Shown piece by piece: positions 25,701 to 38,592 of a stretch of 64,000 bases of DNA (the first letter of the stretch is position 1; the number at the start of each line of letters is the position of its first letter). Source of the stretch: an uncultured Chloroflexia bacterium (lineage in GTDB: Bacteria > Chloroflexota > Limnocylindria > Limnocylindrales > CSP1-4); NCBI GenBank assembly GCA_963807035.1, contig CAWEAL010000003.1:238716-302715 (forward strand), read 5' to 3'. The notes beneath the pieces were generated by a model. The model was given only the letters and a program-made list of their open reading frames with translations, was not told where the DNA came from and made no database searches. The position numbers and the translations under genes were made by a program.

Positions 25701-26697
25701 CGCCAAGCGCCACGGCGTGGCGGTCCTGCCGGTCGACATCAACGCCTCGAGCTTCCGGACGACGACCGAATGGGTCGGCCGCCCGGGCTGGGCCGTCGCC
25801 GGACCGGGCGATCCGCTGCCGGCGGGCCTCGGGATCACCGGCCGCCCGGAGCCGGTCCGTTCGCCGGCCTGCATCCTGCCCGGTCCGGCGGCCCGCGAGC
25901 GCTGGTCCGCCGAGAGCGCGGTCGGCTGGGGCGTCCGGCTCGGCCTCGGGCTGGTCAAGGGGATCGGCGAGGAGCACGCCGAGCTGCTCGATGCCGAGCT
26001 CGCCCGGGGCCCGTACCTGCGCCTGGGCGACGTGGTCGAGCGGACCGGCCTGCCCGAAGAGACACTCGAACGGCTGATCCGGGCAGGCGCCTTGGATTCG
26101 ATCGGGCGGCCGCGCCGGGAGCTGCTCTGGCAGCTCCACGAGGTGGCCGCACGGCGGAGGGCCGGGCCGCCGGGCCGCGCGGCGGGGCGTCCGCTCGACC
26201 TTCGCCTGCCGGCAACGGACGTGCCGGCACTGCCGCCGCTCGCGGAGGTCGAGCGGCTCGGCGACGCTTACGCGGTCCTCTCGCTCGACGCGGGCCAGCA
26301 GGTGATCGGCCTGTTCCGGGTTGCCCTCGACCGGCTGGGCGCGGTCCCGAATGCGACCCTCAATGAACTCCGGCCGGGCCCGGTCAGGATCGGTGGGCTG
26401 GTCGTCACTCGGCAGCACCCGATGACTGCCCGGGGGACCGTCTTCCTGGCCCTCGAGGACGAGACCGGAATGGTCAACGTCACGCTCTGGCCCGATGCTT
26501 GGGAGCGTCTCCGGGGGGTCGTCCGTCGTCACGCCCTGCTGCTCGTCGAGGGGCGGCTCCAGCGCGAGGGCGACGTCGTCAACGTCATTGCCCAGGAAAT
26601 CCGGCCGCTGCCCGACGCGGCGTCACGAGTCGGCGGCCCGGCCCGGCCCGTGGGCGTCCACCAGCTCGGCTACGCCGGCGGCCGTCGAGCCGGCTGA
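22714..26697 (+). CDS. dnaE2: error-prone DNA polymerase III alpha subunit DnaE2
   Basis: PHP domain MAYAELHCHTNFSFLDGAS, polIII alpha core, OB fold at the C-terminus. LexA box and imuA'-imuB lie upstream. 1327 aa with several low-complexity insertions. Confidence 0.95.
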   Translation: MAYAELHCHTNFSFLDGASAADELVERALALGLTGLAVTDHNGLYGVVRFAATAREAGLRPVLGVEIELLDPFVPDPERIVVPARRRPASGARRHGQGRTSDPAVVPIEGVPARPRPERARLPGRREPVKEDLRGIGAGSRGPHLVLLARDSTGYRSLCRLISRANLAGTKGVPRFSQALLADHTEGLLALSGCRDGELARRLRVGDRDGARRVAEGYATLFGGSTSKGQTGRAGAQAGGAAAAGFILELQHHLLPEDDWLVAETTRLAEELGLPCAVTNNVHYALPEGRELQDVISAIRHGRTLDTLADLRRPDGESYLKSEVEMLALPPGDRAAPDNDLGNDSDHDPRTARAWAAGVATAAEIAAACTVDLGFERYRFPGFSVPPGETPFSHLAELCHAGARRRYHPLTPAVLSQLSHELAVIERTGLAEFFLICWDLMRFARERRIPAQGRGSAADSIVAYVLGITRVDPIRHNLLFERFINEGRTTYPDVDIDFSSERREEIIQYVYGKYGPEHTGMVCNVVTYRARSVVREVGVALGFPRPLVDRVARALETYDSVMVRRDLESDGGFAEFFRRPAEPAGPAAPIAERHGLADRMGRLNLPGKPAIRSGSATDDKGGPGDSPASVAWLQSGRGTGRLDGRSIDPESGVLLPAERRTDKLGRPNHWAGDGPIAATSRAGSTVGLSDWERWLELCARMDGFPRHLSIHSGGMLITAAPLIDIAPLERATMPGRVVVQYDKRDVETIKLIKLDLLGLGMLAAIDETVQLIEHDCAVCLDLDRLPEEVPEVFGMLQAADTVGVFQVESRAQMQTLPKSRPNCLDDLVVEVAIIRPGPIQGNAVHPYLRRKQGLEPVTYLHPSLAPILADSLGVILYQEQVMRIAIDVAGFSAGDSDGFRRAMGTWRSTAEMEKLHARFVDGCVAVQGMPCDDAEELFRRVAGFASFGFAKSHAAAFARTAYESSFLKLFYPAQFLVGLINAQPMGFYPVEVLVNDAKRHGVAVLPVDINASSFRTTTEWVGRPGWAVAGPGDPLPAGLGITGRPEPVRSPACILPGPAARERWSAESAVGWGVRLGLGLVKGIGEEHAELLDAELARGPYLRLGDVVERTGLPEETLERLIRAGALDSIGRPRRELLWQLHEVAARRRAGPPGRAAGRPLDLRLPATDVPALPPLAEVERLGDAYAVLSLDAGQQVIGLFRVALDRLGAVPNATLNELRPGPVRIGGLVVTRQHPMTARGTVFLALEDETGMVNVTLWPDAWERLRGVVRRHALLLVEGRLQREGDVVNVIAQEIRPLPDAASRVGGPARPVGVHQLGYAGGRRAG

Positions 26698-26864
26698 TCA
26701 GGCAATGAAGATGGACGCGCCCGGCGACCGGTCGGTGCAGGGGACGGACCGTCGTTCGGTCCGAGCCTCCGTTCGGGATCCGCCACCTCGGCCGACGATC
26801 ATCCGGAGCGCGTCCTGAAGTTCATTCGTCGAACCGGGACGATCGGATTGCGAACGACCCGAGG

Positions 26865-27548
26865 TCAGCGCCGGCGGCTTGCCGGCTTGGCGCCGCGGGC
26901 CGCCGGTCTGGCTGCCGCGTTGGGATTGGCCAGGCGCAGGAAGCGCCGGTAGAAGCCCGCGAAACCGCCCACGGCCAGCCCGGTGATCGGCGACACGACG
27001 AGCGCGTAGGCCGCATTCTCGACCCGGACATCGCTGCTGACCAGGGCGCCGTTCGCCGCGGTCAGGTTTGCCGTCAGGACGTAGATCGCGAACAGGACGC
27101 CGGCCACCAGCCCGACGATCCCGCCGGCCAGATAGCTCGAGCGCTGGGTCAGGATTCCGGCCAGGAAGGCAGCCGCCAGGGGCGGCGGGAAGACGAACAG
27201 GTTGAAGGCGAGGGCCTGCACGCTCTGGTTGGAGATGTTCGCGCCGGACGCCTCGAACAGGGCGAAGATGACGATCGTGATCAGGACCGGCACCCAGATC
27301 GCGAATGTCCGGGTGGCGAGGCGGGGAAGGTCGAGCAGGTCGTCGCGCAGGTGAACCGGCCGGATGGCGGTCCGGAACGAGCCGAAGATCCCCGGTCGAG
27401 CCCCGTTCTGCTGGGTCGATCCGCCGGACGCGGCGCGCGCCGGCGCCGAGGCGGCAGCGAGCGATGGACTCTCGGCGACGGCCGCCGCCGTGGCCGCCCG
27501 GTGGCGGCGACGGGCTTCGGCGCGAACGGTGCTCTTGGCGCGGGCCAC
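26865..27548 (-). CDS. hypothetical polytopic membrane protein with a basic N-terminal tail
   Basis: GTG 27548 preceded by AGGAGGGA. Four or more TM segments (FAIWVPVLITIVIFALF, LAAAFLAGIL, GGIVGLVAGVLFAIYVL, LVVSPITGLAVGGFAGF). Confidence 0.65.
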   Translation of the reverse strand: MARAKSTVRAEARRRHRAATAAAVAESPSLAAASAPARAASGGSTQQNGARPGIFGSFRTAIRPVHLRDDLLDLPRLATRTFAIWVPVLITIVIFALFEASGANISNQSVQALAFNLFVFPPPLAAAFLAGILTQRSSYLAGGIVGLVAGVLFAIYVLTANLTAANGALVSSDVRVENAAYALVVSPITGLAVGGFAGFYRRFLRLANPNAAARPAARGAKPASRRR

Positions 27549-27765
27549 GGTCCCTCCTGCATTGCTAGGATCAAGCGGACCGGCGGCGAACTCGGGCCGG
27601 CTCAGGTCCGGGCGCCATCGTAGACGAAAGCGGGCTCGATCGACCGCCGCAACGCCGACGGCCTGCTCTCGAGATAACCCTGAGATGAGGCTCAGGTGAC
27701 CCGCAGCCAAGACCGACCGGCTACAACAGGGACCCGCCTCGCGAGTCCCCGCCGGGAGGTCGTCG

Positions 27766-30049
27766 ATGGTTCGAGCCCGGCGTGCGGCGATGGCCGCATT
27801 CGTTCTGCTCTGGTCGGTCGCAGCCCTGGCGCTCGCTACGGCGCCGCCCCCGCTCTCGCTGGCAGGCGCGCAGGGCGCTATCCCGGCGGTGTCCTGGCCG
27901 ACGTCGGCCGGCCTGCTGATCGCCGAGGTCGTGACCGGCGGCACGTCTGGGTCCGATGAGTACATCGAGCTCACGAACGCCGGACCCGACTCGATCGACC
28001 TCAACGGGCTCGAGGTCGCCTACGCCTCCTCCACCGGCACGAGCGCGGTCCGGCGGACCGGCTGGACCGTGGCCACCCCGCTCGATCCGGGCCGCCATCT
28101 CCTGATCGCCAACTCGGCCGGCATCTATGCGGTCGGCGCCGACGCCACCTACACCGCCGGGATCGCCGCGACGGGCGGGGCAATCGTCGTGCGCCCGATC
28201 GGTGGGACGCCGATCGACGCGGTCGGCTGGGGCGACGCAACGAACGCGTTCGTCGAAGGGCTGGCCGCCCCTGCCCCACCTGCGGGCTCGAGCATCGAAC
28301 GCCGTCCGGGCGGCCCGGACGGGAACGTGACCGACACGAACGACAACGCCTCCGATTGGGCGATCAACCCGGCTCCGGACCCGGAGAACCTCGGCACCCC
28401 GCCGCGCCCGGCGCCCGGCGCGACGGCGACCCCGACTCCGAAGCCCTCGGCGACGCCCACTCCCGTGCCGACGCCCACTCCGGTGCCGACGCCCACTCCG
28501 GTGCCGACGCCGACTCCGGTGCCGACGCCGACCGCGACTGCCACGCCGACAGCTTCGCCAACGCCGGCACCCAGCCCCACGCCCACGTCCACGCCCACGC
28601 CCGCCCCGACGCCGACCCCAGCCCCGACGCCGACCCCAGCCCCGACGCCGCCGTTGGCGCCCACGCCAACGCCGACGCCGGCCCCTACCCCAACGCCCGT
28701 TCCGACGCTCGTGCCAACCCCGACGCCCACCACCACGCCGGCACCCACGCCAACACCGACCTCCAGCCCGTCGGCGATTGCGATTGCCCAGGCCCTCGTG
28801 CAGGGTGGGACGGTGACCGTCGAGGGGATCGAGACGACCGGTCCCACCCTGATCGACCCGAGCGGCCGTCTCGTCGTCATCCAGGACTCGAGCGCCGCCG
28901 TCGAGATCCGCCTGCCCGCTGCCGGCAGCAAGGCTGCGGCCGGCATGCTCGGACACCACCCGACCGTGGGAGCACTCCTCCATGTGACCGGGACGATCGG
29001 GCGAGCCTTCGGCGCCCCACGGCTGACCGTCGCGAGCGTGAGTTGGCTCGGCAGCGCGACGCCGCCACCGGCCGTCGAGATCGTCGCCGCTCCGGGCCAG
29101 GGCCTCGAATGGCGCCTCGTCAGGATCGCCGGTCGGCTCGATGCCATCCACAAGCTCGGTGACCGCTGGCGCGCCGAGCTGATCGTCGGATCGACGCGGA
29201 TCCCGCTCGTCGGGCTGACCGGGGCCCGGATCCCCGTGGGGAGCCTGACTGCGGGTCGCCGGGTCACGGTCGTCGGCATCGTCCGGCGCGCCTATCCGAC
29301 GGCGATCGACCAGCGGTTTGCGATCGAGCCGCGCTCCATCTCCGACCTCGCATTCGCCGACCCGGCCCGCCCCGGTCCCACCGGCAAGCCGACGGCCGGG
29401 TCGGCGGGCGTCGACGTGGGCACCGGACCGGGAGCGGCCCCAGGCGGCTCCCCGGCCGCGGTTGCGTCCGGCCGGCCGATCGTCGACCTGCGCGACCTGG
29501 CCGCCCATCGCGGCCAGACGATCCGGGTCGCCGGCCTCGTCACCTCCGTGGCAGGGGCGGTCATCTCGCTCGACGATGGGACGTCATCGGGCCGGCTGAT
29601 CCTCAGCGGTCCGGCCGCCCCGTATCTCGACCTCGTCGAGGTCGGCGATCCGCTCGACGTCGTGGGGCTCGTGGAGATCGACGCAAGCGGCCCATACCTG
29701 CTCGTGACCGACCCGGACGGAGTCGCCCGGGCCGGCGACCCGAACGCCGCTGCCCAGGAACCGGCCAGTGGCGATCCCTCGGCCGGTGCCTCGCCCGCGA
29801 CGGCCGGCGTCGCTGCGGCCGGACCTGCCTCGAGCGAGCCCGGCCCGATCGTCGGTGCGCCCGGATCACCCGGCGCCACGGCAGGCTCGATCGGACCGCT
29901 GGCGGAGCTCGGCCTCGTCCTGCTCGGTGCGCTCGCGGCCATCGCCGTCGTCCTGCCCTTCGTCCGGCGTGGAGTGCGATTTCGGACGGTCCGCTTCGTC
30001 AGCGGTCCATGGCCCGGCCGCCCCGGATCCGGGCGCGGACGGATCCTGA
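27766..30049 (+). CDS. secreted, C-terminally anchored protein: signal peptide, lamin-tail domain (LTD), ~120-aa Pro/Thr linker, three OB-fold-like barrels, TM helix; 3' end needs a +1 correction
   Basis: LTD block [38 protein letters not shown] linker at 28430-28775. [20 protein letters not shown]. As written the frame stays open to 31059. A +1 correction at CCC 30013-30015 ends it at TGA 30047-30049. Confidence 0.7.
28430..28775 (+). repeat. coding tandem repeats for the Pro/Thr-rich linker (18-nt GTGCCGACGCCCACTCCG-type units)
   Basis: Repeated [12 protein letters not shown] units are visible in both DNA and protein. Confidence 0.8.
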
Positions 30050-30244
30050 ACCCCGGCTCGCGAGGTCGACGCCGAGCTTCGAACTGCCCCGGAGCGGTTC
30101 GCCGGCCGCCACGGGGCACCGCGCCGACCTGCCCGATGCGGGCCGCCCGCACGGCCCACGCTCGGACCGAGTTGACGCTCGTTCGAGCGCGGGGCTATCC
30201 TCGCCCGAGTTTCGCGCCAGCGAAGCGCTACGCGAGCGAGGGAC

Positions 30245-31059
30245 TTGGTCTTGCCGAACGCGGATCCCCGCGTCGCACTCCCGGCCGGAGAACGGCAGTA
30301 CCACATCGGACTCGGCCCGGGCGACCTGGCCGAGTACATCCTCCTCCCCGGCGACCCCGATCGGACCGCACGGATCGCCACACGCCTCGAGAACGTCGAA
30401 GGCTCGTGGCAACACCGGGAGTTCGCCTCGGTCACCGGGACGTACCGCGGCGAGCGGGTCTCGGTCGTGTCGACCGGGATCGGCAGCGACAACGTCGAGA
30501 TCGTCGTGGCGGAGATCCTGGCGATCACGAATCGTCCGACCTTCGTCCGCGTCGGGTCGTGCGGCGGGCTCCAACCGGAGATCGCGATCGGCGACCTGGT
30601 CATCTCGACCGGCGCGGTCCGGCTCGAGGCGACGACCGGCTTCTTCGTCCACGACGGCTATCCCGGCGGTCGCCGACTACGAGGCGGTCGCGGCACTCGT
30701 CGAGGCCGCGGCGCGAGCTTGGGCACCGGGCGCACGTCGGCATCACGGCGACGGCCCCCGGGTTCTTCGGCGCGCAAGGTCGTCCGATCCCGCAGCTGCC
30801 CATCCGGTACCCTGACCTCGCCGAGGAGATGGCGCGCCAGCGCGTCCTCAACTTCGAGATGGAGGCATCGGCATTGTTGGTCCTGGCCGGGTTGGCTGGC
30901 AGTCGGGCCGGGGTCGTCTGCGCGGTCTACGCGCACCGACCGTCGGGCGACTTCGCAGTCGGCGAAGCCAGGAGCCGCGCTGAGGACGGCCTGCGTCGAG
31001 ACCGGGCTCGAAGGGCTCCGGATCCTCGCCGCGATGGATCGCCAGAAGGCGGGGCGTAG
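30245..31059 (+). pseudogene. PNP/UDP-family nucleoside phosphorylase (Udp-like) with at least three +1 frame breaks
   Basis: Conserved segments lie in three frames. ..[36 protein letters not shown] runs to ~30664. [15 protein letters not shown] runs to ~30710. [33 protein letters not shown] runs to ~30990. [16 protein letters not shown] follows. No clean stop. Confidence 0.8.
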
Positions 31060-31159
31060 GGGCGGACCGCTGGCGGCCCTCCCTGTGGACCGGAACGTAA
31101 GGGCGGATACGGAGCGAGCGCTCCGTAACGCCAGGTATTCGTGGAGGAGGAGATCAGGA

Positions 31160-31300
31160 ATGGCCGAAGCCTATTGCGTCAAGGACAAGAAGAAGGTCGA
31201 AGTCAAGAACCCCCAGCACATCACGATGAAGAACGGCAAGCCGGCGATCAAGGGCACCTGCCCGATGTGCGGCGGCAACGTCTTCAGGATCGGCGGCTGA
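31160..31300 (+). CDS. DUF5679-like zinc-ribbon protein (46 aa)
   Basis: MAEAYCVKDKKKVEVKNPQHITMKNGKPAIKGTCPMCGGNVFRIGG. GGAGGAGGAG lies upstream. Confidence 0.8.
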   Translation: MAEAYCVKDKKKVEVKNPQHITMKNGKPAIKGTCPMCGGNVFRIGG

Positions 31301-31323
31301 CCTTCGCGCCAAAGCGCAATCTC

Positions 31324-31354
31324 GAAGCCCCCGTCGAACGCCGGCGGGGGCTTC
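31324..31354 (+). terminator. intrinsic-terminator-like hairpin
   Basis: GAAGCCCCCG-11 nt-CGGGGGCTTC perfect 10-bp stem, 24 nt after the stop. Weak U-tract (GTGCTGT). Confidence 0.55.
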
Positions 31355-31490
31355 GTGCTGTCCGGACCGGCGACCGGCGGGCCCTTGCCGGCTCCGCGGA
31401 CAGCGGCGCCGGTCGATCCGCGCAGCCTGTCGGGGCTTGCTAGAGTTGGCCATCCGATCCCAGCCGAGCGAGTGAAGGGACGACAGCCTG

Positions 31491-32558
31491 TTGCAGCGAC
31501 CCGTTCTGGCCCTGGATCTTGGCGGCACCCAGGTTCGCGCCGCGGCCATCCTGGCCGACGGCAGCCGGATCGCCCGGCACGCCACGTCAACGCCCAGCGA
31601 GCTCGGTCCGGAGGCCGTGATCAAGGCCTGCGTCGCGATGCTCGCCGCCGCGCTGGCCGAGACGCCCGAGGAGATCCGCGCCACGATCGCAGGGATCGGC
31701 GTGTCGGCGCCCGGGCCGATCAACCCGTGGACCGGGGTGATCGTGAACCCGCCCAACCTCGGGCACGACTTCCATGACATCCCGATCGCGGCCGAGCTCG
31801 AGTCGGCCCTCGGCCTGCCGACCTACCTCGACCGTGACACGAACGTCGCCGCGCTCGGCGAGCACGCCTTCGGAGCAGCCCGCCGGGTGGACGACTTCCT
31901 GTACCTCACCGTGTCGACCGGGGTTGGCGGCTCGATCGTCACCGGTGGCCGGCTCTATCACGGACCCGACGGAACGGCCGGTGAGCTCGGTCACGTGTCG
32001 GTCGAGCTGAACGGCCCGCGTTGCGGCTGCGGCGGAACCGGCCACCTCGAGGCGCTCGCGAGCGGCGTCGCCCTCGCCCGGGATGCCCGGGCCGCGCTGG
32101 CTCGCGGCGAGTCTCCGTACCTGGCCGCCCGGGCCGCCGCGCTGGTCGCCGCCGCTCCGGCGACCGGCACCGACGGCGCGGCCGAGCTCGAGGCCCGCGA
32201 CGTCGCCGAGGGCGAGGCTGCCGGCGATCCTGCCTGCGCCGCGCTGATGGCCCATGCCCGGCGGGCGTTCGCGATGGCCTGCGCCGGCTTCGTCAACGCG
32301 TTCAACCCGGAGCTGCTCGTGATCGGCGGCTCGATCGCCGAGCACCAGGGCGACCGGCTCCTCGGTCCGGCCCGCGACGAGATCCGGCGGGGCGCCTTCA
32401 AGGTTCCGGCCGATCGCGTCCGGGTCGTGCCCGCCGAGCTCGGAGCGGACGTCAGCCTGGCCGGCTGCCAGCCGCTCGTCCACGGCCGCCTCGACAACGA
32501 TGGCTGGCGGGCCGGACGGGCCAAGCTCCCGCCCCGAGGGCCGTCCATTCGCTCGTGA
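31491..32558 (+). CDS. ROK family sugar kinase (glucokinase-like)
   Basis: LALDLGGTQVR, DRDTNVAALGE, GVGGSIV, ELGHVSV..GPRCGCGGTGHLEA ROK zinc motif. TTG start. Confidence 0.85.
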   Translation: MQRPVLALDLGGTQVRAAAILADGSRIARHATSTPSELGPEAVIKACVAMLAAALAETPEEIRATIAGIGVSAPGPINPWTGVIVNPPNLGHDFHDIPIAAELESALGLPTYLDRDTNVAALGEHAFGAARRVDDFLYLTVSTGVGGSIVTGGRLYHGPDGTAGELGHVSVELNGPRCGCGGTGHLEALASGVALARDARAALARGESPYLAARAAALVAAAPATGTDGAAELEARDVAEGEAAGDPACAALMAHARRAFAMACAGFVNAFNPELLVIGGSIAEHQGDRLLGPARDEIRRGAFKVPADRVRVVPAELGADVSLAGCQPLVHGRLDNDGWRAGRAKLPPRGPSIRS

Positions 32559-32725
32559 GGCCGTGGCGTCGTACGATGCGCTCACGTGCCGGACGTCCCG
32601 TGATCCCGATGACCCATGGCGGTGGTCGACGGGAGCGTTCGCGCCGCACACTTCACCGATGAGCTGAGACCCAGCCCCGGTCGGGGCCGCGCCCGTCGCC
32701 GGCGCACTTCAGGAGGTATCCCACG

Positions 32726-33749
<1,024 letters not shown>

Positions 33750-33762
33750 GCGAGCGACCGAC

Positions 33763-36875
<3,113 letters not shown>

Positions 36876-36878
36876 GCG

Positions 36879-37853
36879 TCAGTCGCTCGCGTAGCCGGAC
36901 ATCCGGCGGAGGAGCGCCGCCGGGCTGACGCTCGGCGAGACCCGCAGGCGGGGAACCGTGAAGCGGGCGGCCCAGGTTTCGATGACGCCATCCCTGGTCG
37001 TGACGGCCATGCCCAGGTCGGCGGCCTGGACGGCTTTCGCAGCCTCCGGGCTCCACTCGCCGGCGGGATAGGCGAAGGTCGTCGGGGCCCGTCCGGTGAT
37101 GTCCTGGATCGCCCGGCTCGCCGTATCGATCTGCCAGGCGAGCGCCGCGCCGTGGAGGCGCATGACGTCGACGTGGTTCATCGTGTGATTGGCGATCTCC
37201 ATCCCGGCGTCGGCCAGGCTGACCAGGTCAGCCGGGCCCAGGTAGTTCGGGTCGTTGATCCGGCCCATGATCACGAAGTAGGTCGCCACGAACCCGAACC
37301 GCTGCAGGATCGGCAGTGCGTTCGTGATCCCGTCGCGATGGCCGTCGTCGATCGTGATCACGAACGTGCGCGGGGCCGGCCGGCGCCCGGCGGCGAGATC
37401 AGCCTGGAGGGTGGCCAGGGTGATCGTGTGCCAACCGGCCCCGGCCAACAGGCCGAGCTGCGCCGCGAAGAGGGCCGGGTCGACCACCAGCCCGGGCAGG
37501 GACAGCCCGGCGTCCACCGGGCTGACGATCCGGTGGTACATCAGGACCGGGACGTGCAGGACAAGCGCCGGGTCCGGCGTCGACAGTGCGGTCGGCGGCC
37601 AGTCGGCGCCGGCCAGGTGGATCGGCGGGGTGCTCGGTGTGAGCGAGGGGACATCGGCGACCGGTGATGGGGCGGTCCCGCCCGGCGGGCTCGACGGCGC
37701 CGTGGTCTGGGTGGGCGCCGCCGGCCCGCCCTGGGATGGGGCTGCCTGGCGACTCACCGGCCGCTGGACGACCGTCGCCGGCCCGCAGCCGGCGACGATG
37801 AGCGCCGCGAGGAGGCTGAGCAGGGCGACCGGTCGAACGACCCGCTGGGGCAT
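36879..37853 (-). CDS. polysaccharide deacetylase (NodB-type) lipoprotein
   Basis: Lipobox LIVAGC. NodB motifs TIDDGHRDG and ANHTMNH. GGGGGA lies upstream of ATG 37853. The upstream part of the tracked ORF is junk. Confidence 0.8.
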   Translation of the reverse strand: MPQRVVRPVALLSLLAALIVAGCGPATVVQRPVSRQAAPSQGGPAAPTQTTAPSSPPGGTAPSPVADVPSLTPSTPPIHLAGADWPPTALSTPDPALVLHVPVLMYHRIVSPVDAGLSLPGLVVDPALFAAQLGLLAGAGWHTITLATLQADLAAGRRPAPRTFVITIDDGHRDGITNALPILQRFGFVATYFVIMGRINDPNYLGPADLVSLADAGMEIANHTMNHVDVMRLHGAALAWQIDTASRAIQDITGRAPTTFAYPAGEWSPEAAKAVQAADLGMAVTTRDGVIETWAARFTVPRLRVSPSVSPAALLRRMSGYASD

Positions 37854-37890
37854 CGAGACGTCCCCCTGGCCGCCGTTGGCCGACCGGGCG

Positions 37891-38592
37891 CTATTCGGAC
37901 TTCTTGGCGGCCTTGGCCGGGGACTTCGCCGTCGCCTTGGCAGCGGGCTTGGCGGCTGCCTTGGCCGTGGTCGGCCTGACGGCAGCTTTTGCGCCGGCGG
38001 ACCTGGCGGCCGACGGCCTGGTTGCGCCCGATTTCGTCGGAGCCGGCCGGGTCGCCGTCCCGCGGGCCGGCTTGGCGGCGGCCTCGGCCATCGTCTCGGC
38101 CTTCGCTGCCGCGGCAGCGGCGCTGGCGGCCGCCTCGGCCCGGGCGGTCTTGCTGAGCGCGGCACGGGCCTTGCCGGCAGCGGTCTGGGCGCCCTTCGCC
38201 TTGTCGGCCTTGGCCAGCGCGATCCGGGTCTTGGCCGCCTTCACCGCGGCGGCCTTGCCGGTCGTCTTGGTCAGCTTGGCCGACGTCTGGACGTGCTCGC
38301 CGCCGAGGGCAGCGTTGACCTTGCGGGTGAGCCGCGACTTGCGGCGGGCCGCCGCGTTGGCATGGATCGCGCCGGCCTTGGCGGCCCGGTCGAGGGCGCT
38401 CAGGGCATCGCGCAGGGCTTCGGTCGCGTCACCGGCCAGGCCGCCGGTGGCTACCTTGACGGCCTTCGAGACGAGGGTCTTGGCGGCGCTCCGGCGTGGT
38501 TGGTTGACCTCGGAACGGCGCTCGGCCGTGCGGACGCGCTTCAGCGCAGAGGGAGTTCGAGCACCGGTCCAGCCGCGGGGCTTCCTGGCCAA
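37891..38592 (-). CDS. rpsT: 30S ribosomal protein S20 with a ~140-aa Ala/Lys/Pro-rich C-terminal extension
   Basis: S20 core SALKRVRTAERRSEVNQPRRSAAKT..ALDRAAKAGAIHANAAARRKSRL. Then AKAAAKPAAKATAKSPAKAAKK-type tail. TTG start with GAGG upstream. Confidence 0.8.
   Translation of the reverse strand: MARKPRGWTGARTPSALKRVRTAERRSEVNQPRRSAAKTLVSKAVKVATGGLAGDATEALRDALSALDRAAKAGAIHANAAARRKSRLTRKVNAALGGEHVQTSAKLTKTTGKAAAVKAAKTRIALAKADKAKGAQTAAGKARAALSKTARAEAAASAAAAAAKAETMAEAAAKPARGTATRPAPTKSGATRPSAARSAGAKAAVRPTTAKAAAKPAAKATAKSPAKAAKKSE

Noticed and set aside
23131-26532. 1133-aa ORF on the minus strand. Similar very long ORFs are at 46431-48770(-), 60997-63132(-), 49851-51995(-), 27721-29508(-), 15033-16823(-) and 578-1846(-).
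   Set aside because: They are antisense shadows of dnaE2, dnaK, pgpH, the ABC/UDG genes, the LTD gene, the ASST gene and obg. Their translations are Arg/Gly/Pro/Asp-rich with no recognisable motifs, as expected for stop-poor frames in very GC-rich DNA.
28430-28775. Highly repetitive DNA inside the LTD gene, considered as a non-coding repeat or array.
   Set aside because: It is in frame and encodes a Pro/Thr linker ([12 protein letters not shown]), a normal feature of secreted multi-domain proteins.
27766-31059. The tracked 1097-aa ORF taken at face value as one protein.
   Set aside because: Everything after the TM anchor (about 29990) is Arg/Pro-rich and runs out of frame across the phosphorylase locus. 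Its last part coincides with one frame segment of that pseudogene.
30245-31300. The tracked 351-aa ORF as a fusion of nucleoside phosphorylase and a zinc ribbon.
   Set aside because: The middle ~170 codons are out-of-frame junk. The zinc-ribbon gene has its own strong RBS (GGAGGAGGAG) and ATG at 31160.
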